Of a stretch of 38,463 bases of DNA, positions 1 to 12,504 are shown one piece after another. The notes below the pieces were generated by a model. The model was given only the letters and a program-made list of their open reading frames with translations. It was not told the origin of the DNA and did not search any database. This DNA comes from Octopus sinensis (Eukaryota). The number at the start of each line of letters is the position of its first letter. Position 1 is the first letter of the stretch. The DNA is taken from contig NW_021835778.1 of assembly GCF_006345805.1 (NCBI RefSeq), positions 1 through 38,463 of the forward strand, given 5' to 3'. The position numbers were made by a program, and so were the translations under genes.

Positions 1-198
1 GATCTTCAATTCATCTTTTGATTCAACGGCAAATTAGACAGTTAAAACGACCGCCAAGTGTTTAAGCTGTACAGAGCCATTACAATAGGAAATTATGGGA
101 CTTTGTTGAAATCTGACATGGCTGTAAGATTTATTTTGTAGCTTATTTCGAATTAACCTTATTTCGAGGGCCAAACCGAGAGTATTACACACACACAA

Positions 199-239
<41 letters not shown>

Positions 240-256
240 CAAACACACGCACACAT

Positions 257-292
<36 letters not shown>

Positions 293-644
293 ACACATAT
301 ATATATTAAATTAGGTCAAACTATATCTGAGGGTTCTAATATGCTTCATCAAAGAAAATTTTATCATAACTATGGAATTCCGCCGTACATATGCAGTCCA
401 TACGGAAGGTGCACTTGCGAATTGAGTTTCAAATGGGAGACACTGTAACCTGTATGTTTTGCTATGATTTATAAACAAGAAGAAACATATTCAAAGCTAG
501 TGATAATGACTAGCTAAAATATGTATGAATGTCATTATTCGGTTTTAATAGAATATTTCTGGGCCAACAGAAAGAGAGACGGCTTCTAACTTAGTTCCAA
601 GTATCTTTCATTGGAATTTCAACAACATGAACAGGATATTTTTT

Positions 645-673
645 GTATGCATGTATGTATGTATGTATGTATG

Positions 674-707
<34 letters not shown>

Positions 708-1292
708 TGTATGTATGTATGTATGTACGTATGTATGTATGCATGCATGGATGCATGTATGTATGCATGCATTTATGTATGAATATATGTATGTATGCAT
801 GAATGTATGCATGTATGTATGTATGTATGTATGTATGCATGTATGTATGTATATATGTATGTATGCATGTATGCATGTATGTATGCAAGTATGTATGTAT
901 GTATATATGTAAGTAAGTATGTATGTATGCATGTATGTATGTATGTATGTATGCATGTATGTATGCATGTATGCATGCATGAATGTATGCATGTATGTAT
1001 GTATGTATGCATGTATGTATGTTTGTATGTACGTATGTATGTATGTATGTATGTATTATGCATGTATGTATGTATGTATGTATGCATGTATGTAGGCATG
1101 TATGCATGCATGAATGTATGCATGTATGTATGTATGCATGTAAGTATGTATGTATGCATGTATGTATGTTTGTATGTATGTATGTATGTATGTATGTATG
1201 TATGTATGTATGTATGTATGTATGTATATATGTATGTCTGTATGTATGTATGTATGCATGTATGTATGTATGTATGTATGTATGTATGTATG
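645..1292. repeat. (TATG)n/(CATG) compound microsatellite
   Basis: Directly visible. It is the source of the YVCM/HTYI pseudo-ORFs. Confidence 0.97.
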
Positions 1293-1462
1293 GGTGGGTG
1301 GGAATTGGTAGGTTTTGATTTTGATATTCACATAAAACATTTCTAATCAGATTAACGCTTGTTGTGAAGAATCCAATCCGAACAGCGGACTTCATTAGAT
1401 TAAGTCTTGCGATTACTGTGTGGGTTGAACGAAATACTTCCCACTCTGGATATTCAAACAGT

Positions 1463-1908
1463 GTGTGGGTGTGTGTGTGTGTATGTGTGTGAGTGTGTGT
1501 GTGAGTGTGTGTGTGTCAGTGTATGTGCGTATATCGGTGTGTGTGTGAGTGTCAGTGTGTGCGTGTGTGTGCATGTGTGTGTGTCAGTGTGTGTGTCAGT
1601 GTGTGTGTGTGTGTCAGTGTGTGTGTATGTCAATATGCGTGTGTGTGTGTCAGTGTGTGTGTGTGTTAGTGTGTGTGTGTGTTTGTGTTTGTATGTGTGT
1701 GTGAGTGTGTGTGTGTGTGAGTGTGTGTGTATGACAAGGTATGTGTGTGAATCAGTGTGTGCGTGAGTGTGTGAGTGTGTGTATGTGTGTGAGTGTATGT
1801 GTTTGTGTGTGTTAGTGTGTGTGTGTGTGTGTGAGTGTGTGTGGGTGTATGTGTGTGTGTGTCAGTGTGTAAGTGTGTGTGTGTGCCTTTGTGTCTGTGT
1901 ATACGTCT
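1463..1908. repeat. (GT)n/GTCA compound microsatellite between two 39-bp direct repeats
   Basis: Directly visible. The flanking repeats are at 1424-1462 and 1909-1947. Confidence 0.9.
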
Positions 1909-1949
1909 GTTGAACGAAATAATTCCCACACTGAATATTAAAACAGTTT

Positions 1950-2312
1950 CCCAGAATAACAATAAAATTATATAACAACATTAGTAAATAAATATATCAT
2001 AATATCCAGAAACAGGAATCATTTCACTTTACACGTGTCTCTCATTCATCAAAATATTGCTAATTATTGTGTGACAATATCAAACCATGCCCTTCCAATA
2101 ATTAAACCTGTCAGACAAGTTCACGCCCACTTTTACAGTTCCACCAATCGCATTGGTTCATAAATTTACGATAAGATCTATGCCAGAGCTGGGTTGTTGT
2201 GCGCTCAATAAATACGTGGAATTCAGTTACAGGTCTTCAACTTAAACCTCGCATCTCGATCTTTTGTTGAAGCCACATGAAGTATCACTTACGACCGACA
2301 ACTGTCACCAGA
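1950..2312 (+). promoter_or_regulatory. Conserved non-repetitive block upstream of the ATG (candidate promoter/5' UTR)
   Basis: Nearly identical in A, C (about 22130-22499) and D (about 37245-37611). Contains CCAAT (about 2145) and ATAAATA (2208-2214). There is no direct TSS evidence. Confidence 0.35.
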
Positions 2313-2459
2313 ATGGATTTTCGCACAACTGTCCAGGAATATTTCGCAGCGTTATTCCATTTCTTCTCCTCATAGCTTTTGGGGTTCTTCTCGTTTCTGA
2401 CGATCGTGATTCTTCATCAAGATTCACGAATAGGAAAAATGGAAGAGAAATCGAAAACG
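2313..2459 (+). pseudogene. Copy A exon 1 (membrane anchor exon), frameshifted as assembled
   Basis: Homologous to the intact 144-nt exon 1 of C and D but 147 nt long, with three single-base insertions (atggatttt, ttctcctc, cgtttctg) giving an early TAG. The donor AAAACG|GTAAGT is intact. Confidence 0.75.
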
Positions 2460-2954
2460 GTAAGTCATTGATTTTGTGTTAATATATGTATGTCTTTATG
2501 TATTTATATATGCATGTATGTATGTATGCATTTACGTATGTATGTATTAATATGTGGGTGCATGTACGTACGGATGGATGGATGGATGTAAGGATGTATG
2601 CATGAATCACGTACATATGTTCCTATGGAGCACACACACACACATAAGATCACACACGTAATCACACACGAACACACAGTCGCAAACACATAAATATACA
2701 TATATATACATATAAGCATATTTGTATATATAATATACATATATATGTATATATAAATATACATATATATGAATATATTAGTGCGTGAACATATGTAGAT
2801 ATATATATATACAAACAAATATATGCGTGTGTGTATCTATCACTGTATCTCTATGTCTATCTCTCTCTCTCTCTCTCTGTCTATCTCTCTCTCTCTCTCT
2901 CTCTCTCTATTTATCTATATATATATATGAATGTGTGTGTGTGTGTGTGTATGA

Positions 2955-2985
<31 letters not shown>

Positions 2986-3002
2986 TATATAAATATATTC
3001 TT

Positions 3003-3195
3003 TTACCCGTTTCAGTCATTTGACTGCGGCCATGCTAGAGCACTGCGTTTAGTAGGACGAATCGTTTCAGGAATTATTCTTTGTAAGCCTATTGCTCATT
3101 CTCTCGGTATCTCTAGCCGGACCGCTAAGTAACAGGGACGTAAACACACCGACATCACTTGAGAAGCGATAGTGGTGCGTCAATAACAGACACAC
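3003..3195 (-). mobile_element. 3' part of a tRNA-derived SINE
   Basis: Reverse complement of the 3' half of the full SINE at 29925-30331 (catttgactgcggccatgct, ttattctttgtaagcc, gacgtaaacacacc). Confidence 0.8.
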
Positions 3196-3370
3196 ATGAA
3201 ACATAGATACATACACACTATGTGTGCTATACACACTATGTGTGCTATACACACACACACACACACACATACATCCATATATATATATATATACATATCA
3301 TATATGCATACACACATATATAGTTACGTATGTATGTACATACATATCCATCTATCAATCTATCTATCTC

Positions 3371-3423
<53 letters not shown>

Positions 3424-3942
3424 TATATATATATATATATATATACATATTATATATATATATTATATAAACATATATATATATAATATATATATATATT
3501 ATATATATATATATATATATGTATATGTATATATATTATATATATATATATATACATATACGCACATCCCAAGAAACAAAAGAAGAGTGGAATTGTACTC
3601 CTGTCCGATCGCTCTTTCACCAAACATAATCCTGGAGAGGGAAATAAGTGCGTAATGAAAAAAATCTAATGGTGGGGTTCTAGCATGGCCATGCCCGTCG
3701 CTGCAACGTTTAGCCCTATTAATATTAGTGTTTAAGTATATATTTTAGATGTACACTTACACGCACGCACAGAAACAGACACATACAAACACACACACAC
3801 GCACACATAGGAATACGTACATATTTACACACATTTATCTATTTCTCTCCATCAGGAACGGAAGTGAGGCGAGTTTTTTTGAATCTTTTCTTTCCAACTG
3901 AAAATAAAACGTGCGAGTGCCAATGTAGATCGGTGAATTTCG

Positions 3943-4662
<720 letters not shown>

Positions 4663-4667
4663 TGAGA

Positions 4668-4742
<75 letters not shown>

Positions 4743-4754
4743 CATGTCTGTGTG

Positions 4755-5005
4755 GGAGGCGCAGTGGCCCAGTGATTAGGGCAGCGGACTCACGGTTCGA
4801 TTCCCAGACTGGGCGTTGTGTGTGTTTAAAGCTCCATGATCACTGCTGTACTCTTTCGGTATAACTTTCTCCCTTTCTTCTGTTGGCCTGCTCGCTTAGC
4901 CAACGGGGTGGCGTCATTTGAAGCCTAAAACAATGCGAAGCGAATTGTGACCAGCGATGTGTAGCAACAACCGATAGCCTGGTCTGTAACGGTGATCACG
5001 GAGAT
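4755..5005 (+). mobile_element. tRNA-derived SINE (second family), internally deleted
   Basis: A-box-like tggcccagtgattag and B-box ggttcgattccc. The paralogous copy is at 24816-25090. Confidence 0.75.
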
Positions 5006-5400
5006 GTATGTATCATACGCACACAATACACGCACACACACATACACAAATACAAACAAAACACACACACGATACATATACATACACGCACGCACACACA
5101 TACATCAAACTAGCAGTACCTACTACTTGACCTGTGGTAGAGACAAAAGGAGCCACGCCCAATTCTTTCTTCCTTGACCTTAACACTACTAACCCTACAA
5201 CACGCAAAGATTAACAGCCACAACCACACACACACACGTGTCATCATTGCACACATACACATACACGCACACAAGCACACGCAGTCCTCCGCGCCCGCAC
5301 ATATCCACACTTACACACACATTCCTCATCCTCTTTCAAGGAACCACTCTCCTGATTTGAAAGAACTTTTCTTCACCCATTTCCTTCCGGTCATTCAAAA

Positions 5401-5575
5401 TGTGGCCGCGTGTGTACCGTTGGCGATTTTTTTCCCTCTGGCTTCCCTCCTCTGGATCTTTCTTTCTCATAAATGTTAAACCCTCCTTCTTTCCTTCCTC
5501 GTCCAATAATACTATATTTGTTGCACGTCCTCGCGTTGTTTTTTGTGCCTTCTTGTATGGATTAAATTTAACTAT
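5401..5575 (+). mobile_element. Penelope-like pLTR-type repeat, hammerhead core deleted
   Basis: Same family as 12505-12716 and 26160-26372 (ccgttggcgatt...gtccaataa...ttggattaa then (TA)n), but it lacks the ctgacgaagagc...gaaa segment. Confidence 0.6.
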
Positions 5576-5590
5576 ATATATAAATATGTG

Positions 5591-5623
<33 letters not shown>

Positions 5624-5678
5624 GAGTGCGTGTGTGTGTAGAGATATGTGTGTGTATATATGTGTGTGTGTGTGTGTA

Positions 5679-6310
5679 CTAGCAGACATACCCGGCATTG
5701 CTGGGGATTAAAATGGCAAAGTTGGTATATAATATATTCCAGTCATTTTGAAACAGGTGATATGGGAAAGTGCAACACTGACAACAAAACATTTGTAGAG
5801 TAAATGCTGGGCTAATTCGACTAAGCAACATGCTATGCGTCCGTTTGGAGTGTTTCAGGCCCTAACCTGTCATGCAAAATTGGAGGTGGGGTTTGTGTGA
5901 TTTTTGAACGCACCAAAAAGCTGTCAGTGGATATACTCTCCTTTGCCAGCAGTGTGCGCTGTGTCTAACACGACCCATCATCGGAAATTTTGACACCTCA
6001 CGTCGGGTTGTTTCCTACATCACTCATAGAGCAAATTTGAGGAACTGTGGTTGTTCATTCGCGGGTACCAGAGAACCAATGAGGGATAGACTTGCCCTTG
6101 AACTTTGACGTCGGCTAAATTCATTTTACTATCTTCTTAGATTCACCAAACGATTCATTTGAAATGCATATTTGTATTGTCTGATATTGTTCAGAAAATC
6201 CTTTGACTGGATTGAAGCACCTTCTAGAAATTCCTAAAGGGTTGAGATGGTATTGCCGGCAATGAAACTGTCCGAATATGTTGTCATCTATTGCATTGTT
6301 TTAAGTTCTA
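5679..6310 (-). mobile_element. Helitron remnant: RepHel N-terminal fragment plus 3' hairpin and CTAG terminus
   Basis: On the minus strand: hairpin cccagcaatgccggg, then CTAG|T at 5682-5678. The paralogous copy C segment translates as FLNDIRQYNSAFQMTSFG...FTPT, which I recognise as the Helitron N-terminal region. Confidence 0.75.
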
Positions 6311-6368
6311 AACGATAATAAATACCCTGAAGTTCTATTTATATGATCCTATTTCTATTTTTTCACAG

Positions 6369-6420
6369 AACCGTTTCATCTCCAAGAATCTCTCGACGAT
6401 AAACCCGATGACACACCCAA
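6369..6420 (+). CDS. Copy A exon 2 (stalk), with compensating -1/+1 indels relative to copy C
   Basis: tttcacag|AACCGTTTC...CCCAA|gtaaga, 52 nt, phase 0 to 1. Reads NRFISKNLSTINPMTHP versus NRFISKKSLDDKPDDTP in C. Confidence 0.7.
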
Positions 6421-6654
6421 GTAAGAAATAATTTATGGCTAAAGTCTTTTACCCGTGTCTCCTTAACCAATGATTTATAATTTCACCAACTTTGAATTAG
6501 TTCCACATTACTATCCAAATGTCCACAATAATATATACTAAGACACTGCCTGAATTTCTTTCGAAATATATTCTACTTTACAATAATTTCCTAATAAAAT
6601 GTTACTCTAATATACTATGCCATTTATTGAGTGTATATGAGTATATATGCAGTA

Positions 6655-8490
6655 CTACGTCGAGAATTGTTTCGGTCTGCACGGTTCCTCCGAGTGTGCT
6701 CTTCGTCGAGTGTCCGAGGCAGCCGGTACGTTCACTGTGAACAAATTAGAGTGCTCAGAGCCAGCCCCACCGGCTTGCAAACGAAAAGCATGGAATGCCC
6801 TCTTCATCTGAGAATCAAATGCCTGAGCTGGCGCTTCACTGCGTTTATATCTACAATTCAGCATTCTGTCCACTCTTGTGCTTCCAATCATTCGTGAATA
6901 GAGACCCGAAATAATGATGTTCCACTTTCCTACACAGTGCGTATTTGTCAATCCTGCCTTGGGGTACTCGGCAGCCAACCAATTCAGTGCACGTTGTTGG
7001 TGACCATCAGACGAATCAGGTAGCAGCATGTCGTCTACAAATAACAGTCCACCGATCACGTAGAGATGAATTGGGATACCTCTACCACAATGGCTGAGCA
7101 TATTCAACCAGATCACAAAAAAGAATGTGAGAAGGGGCACTAACAATGCACACTTCAACTAAGTGAAACCTTCACGTTGAAAACTTTCGACTTTTACATA
7201 AATACAAACATTTGAACATCCATATAAGTACTTTATGGCAACCAGTGTTTCCCATTAAACTCACCTTCCTGGCAAACAATCCACAACATGCCCCAGGGCA
7301 CGGGATCGTGTGCATTTTCGCAGTTTACAGCGTATAAACCTTGGAAATATATCAATGGTTGCTGGAAGATCTGTCTCTGAATCACTCTCTGGTCGGGTGT
7401 ACTGCGTCCCGGACAGTAATCTTGGGCACGAAAATGTCCCTACATATCTTTTCCTGACATCTAGGGTAGACATTTCTATAATTAGAACACACTCTTTGGT
7501 CTCTGTTTGAAAAGATTGTGACTCTCACCCCTTATTATCGTTGCCTTGGTGTTTTTTCCAGAGTTCCCATCCACCTAGCATACATGGGTCACTTAGAGAA
7601 TACCATTTGTATTTAAGGTTTCTAAAATATCAAGCCGAACGTGCTTTTCACCAGCAGTTTTATCACTTTTAACTGAATTGAGCTCAAATAAGCGTTCAAC
7701 CGAAGAAGAACCTGCCGAAAAAATTAATACAATCACGAATGTATTTCGATGTCCAAGTTCATTCAGGCGGGTCACTCCCAATTTGGATGCAAATGTCTCC
7801 ACATTTCTGCTTCTGATCCCAGCATCCACTGCGGCTTCCAACTGTATTCTGTAGGTCGCACTGGACTTACCAATTTCCAGTGTTCGGTAGACTGTAGGAA
7901 TTTTCAGGTTTTCAGCCATTTAGGTTGTGACGAGTTGACAACTCCACCCCTTCCTTTTACCCGAACGTTCAGCAAAGAGTGAAAGATGACCGAACTCTAT
8001 CACAAACCTCTGTCACCAAGAATTTCTATACCAGGAACCCTTATAAATATCCCTGTTTTAAAATAATATCTATACCATAGAGTGGAGAGTGTGTATTTTG
8101 CACAGAAGGCTGCTATGACCTCTCCATTAAGTTCACTGACGACATTCCTTCCAATCAATCCTTCTCACGGTTATCAGTGCCAAGGTGTGCACTGAAGTCT
8201 CCTTGCAGGACAAATGACTTTACCCCAAATATATCTAAAGCTGAGGTGAATTTGCTTAGGATTGATTTGTATTTGACCTCGGTGTTTGCTGCATATACAT
8301 ACAGTACGCTAAGGGCTCCAAGGAATAGCCATACCGCGTCATCCATCGAGTGGGATAAAAGCCATTGTGTCTGGGTCTTGAGTGGAGGAGTCCATTCGGG
8401 AAATATATTGCAGTCTCCACCCAACTCAATCTGAGATGCATGGGGAGGGAATACAAAATATGCGTCTTCCAAACCCCGAAGCAGGTCCAG
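6655..8490 (-). mobile_element. Degenerate RTE-clade LINE (endonuclease and reverse transcriptase remnants)
   Basis: Minus-strand fragments VLYVYAANT...VLQGDFSAHLG (APE), KSDKTAGEKHVRLDILETLNTNGIL (RT N-terminus) and LLFVDD (RT active-site remnant). Many stops and frameshifts. Confidence 0.85.
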
Positions 8491-8499
8491 AAGGGATCA

Positions 8500-9015
8500 A
8501 CCGTTCATAATTGAGAATTAGACTGTCAAAACCTGACGATACAAAATGCTCCCTATTGTATATAATCGGTGTCTCCTCAAGAAATCTTCATTATTTCGGA
8601 GGCGTACACTTGGAAGTAGGTTGGAAACTCCACCGTGCAGGTGTGGTGCCAACTATGTCTGCATAGGCGGAAGTGGGATGCTCACAATCCCTGGCTTTCG
8701 GATTGGATTATGGAGTGAATCCCACTAGGTATTAAGGGATACCTCCTGAAGCTCAAGCAGAATGAAGGAGTGGTGTAGCTGCAGGAAGTAAATGCATCCA
8801 ATAGCGAGGGCAAATACAAATGCTTCCTTAACAAAGTCACTGCAGCTTTGGATATATTTGGGGTAAAGTCATTTGTCTTACGGGGAGACTTCCGTGCACA
8901 CTTTGGCGCTGATAACCGCAAGAAGTATTGATTGTGTGGAATGGCGTCACACCTTAATGGAGTGGCCATACTAGTCTTCTGGCAGGAAACGGACTCTCTT
9001 CGCGCCAAACACCAA
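8500..9015 (+). mobile_element. Inverted RTE endonuclease fragment, head-to-head with the minus-strand LINE
   Basis: Plus-strand KVTAALDIFGVKSFVLRGDFRAHFGADNR, and GWKLYRAG...SAQAEVG in the paralogous copies. 8787-8975 is a diverged reverse complement of 8110-8300. Confidence 0.8.
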
Positions 9016-9833
9016 GCTGCTATCTGTAATTGACCAATCAGGTACCAAGAATTGATAATATCGCCTACTTATCTATAAAAGAAGAACATTATCATTATTA
9101 TGGTCACAAACATATCTCTTATTATAAAAGTAAGATTTTCTCTGGTTTTCTCCTGCTATTACCACCACACTTTCTCCTACTTTCTCTTAGCAAGTGTGAA
9201 ACTATTAAAGTGAAAGTATTCCCTTATCATGTGTGTGTGTCTGTGTGTGTGCGTATTAGCAATTCGTATAAAATTGCATCAATGCCTTGAACTTGAATAA
9301 GTGGTTTCACATAAATGGGGATAAATTAAAAAAGTTTGTTGTTATTATTATCACGTTTGTTGGTTCCGCGTCAGGGAAACGTCGTTGTGTTGCATTTGTT
9401 AAATAATTGTAAACCGTACCTCTCCCCCTTTCGGAGAAGGGGCTCTGGTTATTGTTTAAAAATTGAATTGTGTCCCTGTTTGGGAAATTGACAATATTTT
9501 CGCCGTCTTTACGGAAGCATTTTTGTTAAAATGCCTTCGATAGAAGAAAGTCCAAAAATGAATTTCGCTGCAGCCGTACACTTCTATACAAGAGGAGGTC
9601 AAGATCCAATTGATCGAAATTGCAAGAGATGGGCCTACAATTCCAGTCTGTTATATATTTTGAGTAGTATTATCACTAGCGATATCACGATATAACTTTG
9701 TATTTTGTATCTTATGTGTAGATGTATATATATATAGATGTACATGTAATATGTACACATATATATACACATATATACGTGCATAATATATCTACCCATA
9801 CACACACACGCACACACACACACACATACATAG

Positions 9834-9890
9834 GGGCAGGTGTGGCTGTGTGGTAAAAAAATAGCTTCCAAACACATGGTCCTGGGTTCA
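9834..9890 (+). mobile_element. 5' fragment of a tRNA-derived SINE
   Basis: ggggcaggtgtggctgtgtggtaa...cacatggtcctgggttca matches the head of the SINE at 29925. Confidence 0.6.
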
Positions 9891-9932
9891 TGTACATATA
9901 TACAAACATACATCCACACATACATACATGTG

Positions 9933-9967
<35 letters not shown>

Positions 9968-9985
9968 ATTAATGTGTGTGTGTTA

Positions 9986-10376
9986 TCTCTCTTTATATAA
10001 AGCTGAAATGGTCTGTGTGCGCCAGGTTTAGTAACCTTTAACAAACACTATCTCCTCCGAGACCCTGCGGCGCAAGTTGACCAAAATTGAGAGCATGATA
10101 GAAGAAAGGTTGCTCTTCCCTCCGTAGCAGATAATTTCAAATCGGACCATGTTAACACCAAAAATTTTTTACATCAACAAGGTGCTTTTTTCTATGAAAA
10201 TCCCTATTTTTTCACGATTTTTTCACTGCTGTGTCGCCACTTTTCGGCGTATTTCAACCAGAAAAATATTTACTTGAAGAGAATAACAAGCTACATAATG
10301 CAAAATATTTACTTTTCAAAAATTCCAATTCCAGCGGGTCGAAACAAACCCGAGAGACGCCGGGCGATACTGCTAG
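9986..10376 (+). mobile_element. Short non-autonomous Helitron, apparently complete, specific to copy A
   Basis: A|TC start at 9985/9986, subterminal imperfect hairpin cccgagagacgccggg, CTAG|T end at 10373-10377. Absent at the orthologous site in B and C. Confidence 0.7.
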
Positions 10377-10721
10377 TATATATATATATATACTCACATC
10401 CAAGTTCAACTACAAAACAAACGTCCGTTCTTAAGGGAGCCAAATACACATTCTGTTATTCTGAGATTAATCTCTCAATTCGTTGACATCAACGTCAACA
10501 ACAGGCTCAATAGACAAATGACTAATTTTCTTCGTTTAAAATTTATTCTTAACGAATCATTTACTTCTTTCATTCTGATTTTCATTCATTCACTCATTCT
10601 TTTTCTCGTAAATTCTAAATTTCTCTCCTCTCTATCAATTCCTTCCAAGCCAACAACTTCCTTTGTATAGGATTCAAGAATTCTTTCTTTTAAACTAAGT
10701 TGTTTCATTTTAATTTCACAG

Positions 10722-10796
10722 AACCCGGTCCCGGATCATTGTATACCCGATGGGGCAGAACTACTTGTCCTCCTTATTCAAACCTTGTATATGACG
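10722..10796 (+). CDS. Copy A exon 3 (start of the short-chain-collagen C4-like domain)
   Basis: tttcacag|AACCC...GACG|gttagt, 75 nt, phase 1-1. Reads (K)PGPGSLYTRWGRTTCPPYSNLVYD(G). Confidence 0.9.
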
Positions 10797-11479
10797 GTTA
10801 GTACAAACTACACTTCTGTCCTCTCTTTCTCTCTTTCTCTTTCTCTTCTTCTCTTTTTATTCTTCTCATTTTCTCTTTGTGTTACCCCCTCTCTTTCCGT
10901 TTCTCTCACGCACACGCACGCACGCACACTCAAGCAAATCATGTGATATATCACGTTTCAAACGATACCTATAGACCCTATAGAGACTGCACAAGACTGC
11001 TTACTCCTTTGTAAGTATTTGGTCAAATCAGAATTCAAATGTGGTCTAATATGGACCAGGTGAAAAGGATGTTGTCTAACCACAGAATATAGATATCTCT
11101 ACGTTAAATTATAGATAGGGACTACAGTGGAATCCAGTGTAGCGATCAAGGACTCCTGGCTGACTTGTATGGAGTGTAGATATCAAATACCGAGGCTGCT
11201 AACTGGTGATCAAGTGTACTGGATACGGATGGTGGTATTGTACGTGAGTGACCAGAGCTGAAAGTGGCCACTTGACTATCATTAACTAGAGTGTCTATTG
11301 AATGTCGTTATAGACTAAATTGAACAAGGTCTCTTAGAACTGATGAATGAATGTATATGGTTAATGAAATGAATGCAGAATGTACAATGTGGACTGGACA
11401 AACCACACACTGTAACTAATGGACAAAGCTAACTAAGGGCCGTATGTATTATGCAAAATATTGAGGGACCAAGTACCAC

Positions 11480-11800
11480 TGTGTGAACCCAAGTTAGTAC
11501 ATATTGCACTTCTATTCTTCTCCGCCTTACCGAAATCGTCCTATCCCTTAAACCTTTCTGTTTTCATGCGCCACCTCGCCTCATTAATTGTCCAGTATAT
11601 CTTTGTAAGGTAACGCCGGCACATCCAATTCAAAGCTACTGCTTCCCACATCTTCTCCAACCAACCTCGCAACCTTTGTGAATCTGCTCTCTATAAACCC
11701 TATACGTAACCTTTATCGGTCGCCCACTCCGCTCTCCATTCTTCTTAAGCACTACGCTATCAATGAGCTTCAAAATTCACTCCACCTCAGTTCATGCTTT
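11480..11800 (-). mobile_element. Probable RTE LINE 3' remnant in intron 3
   Basis: Minus-strand tggatgtgccggcgttaccttacaa gives WMCGVTLQ with one indel, resembling the RTE C-terminal region. Also present near 17550-17900 and 31500-31820. Confidence 0.4.
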
Positions 11801-12205
11801 GCATGAAATAAAATCTGTGTGATCATAATATCATAGTATGTGGTAGGCCCGTTTTGTGGTAGGCCTGACTCGTACGAGACAAACCGATGGATATAGCCAG
11901 CCACGCACTTATGGTCGGCTAAACAGTATTTCATCCCCTCTTACCCACCAGTTCTCTGCATCTCGCCGTCTCTCGTATTGTTCTACTCAAACCACATGCA
12001 ATTCCGATCACCAACAATTTTCCCGTTTAAACGTAAACGACATCTTTTCAATTTCGGGAAATCACGACCACATGCGTCACAAAATCCCTTTCCTTTCTCC
12101 GTTTATTGACATCCACACACAAACATCTACTCCAAGCAATACACATCTCAACCACAAATACTTACCCGTACACACACAAACACACACATAGACACACACA
12201 CACAT

Positions 12206-12237
<32 letters not shown>

Positions 12238-12349
12238 GCAGGTACACAAACACGCAGACACACGCATACATTCACACATACGCAAACACACATACACACA
12301 CAAACACAGATATCCACAACAAACACACACACAGACACACACACACATG

Positions 12350-12380
<31 letters not shown>

Positions 12381-12504
12381 GCAGGTACACAAACACACAG
12401 ACACACGCATACATTCACACATACGCAAACACACAGACACACACAAACACAGACATACACACACAAACACAAAAAACACACGCAAATACACACACACATA
12501 CCAA

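Noticed and set aside
34-1962. Long ORFs rich in YVCM, HTYI, VCVC or THTH (also at 20427-22122 and 35187-37278)
   Set aside because: These are translations of (TATG)n, (GT)n and (TA)n microsatellites, which lack stop codons in several frames. No domain signal.
2208-2228. ATAAATA plus TCAGTT as a TATA-Inr pair
   Set aside because: The spacing is about 17 nt, too short for a canonical pair.
9300-9640. Faint minus-strand resemblance to a Penelope-like ORF (HFNKNASVKT, LFNK)
   Set aside because: Too short and degenerate to support without a profile search.
11339-11375. CTGATGA...GAAA as a possible hammerhead
   Set aside because: There is no helix II or III pairing, and the motif is not conserved in B or C.
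10960-11400. Possible LINE C-terminal remnant (LQWNPV) in intron 3
   Set aside because: A single weak motif with many stops; the family cannot be assigned by eye.
12235-12433. About 140-bp tandem duplication inside the CA-rich array of copy A
   Set aside because: Real but ordinary microsatellite slippage. It has no spacer-repeat structure, so it is not CRISPR-like.
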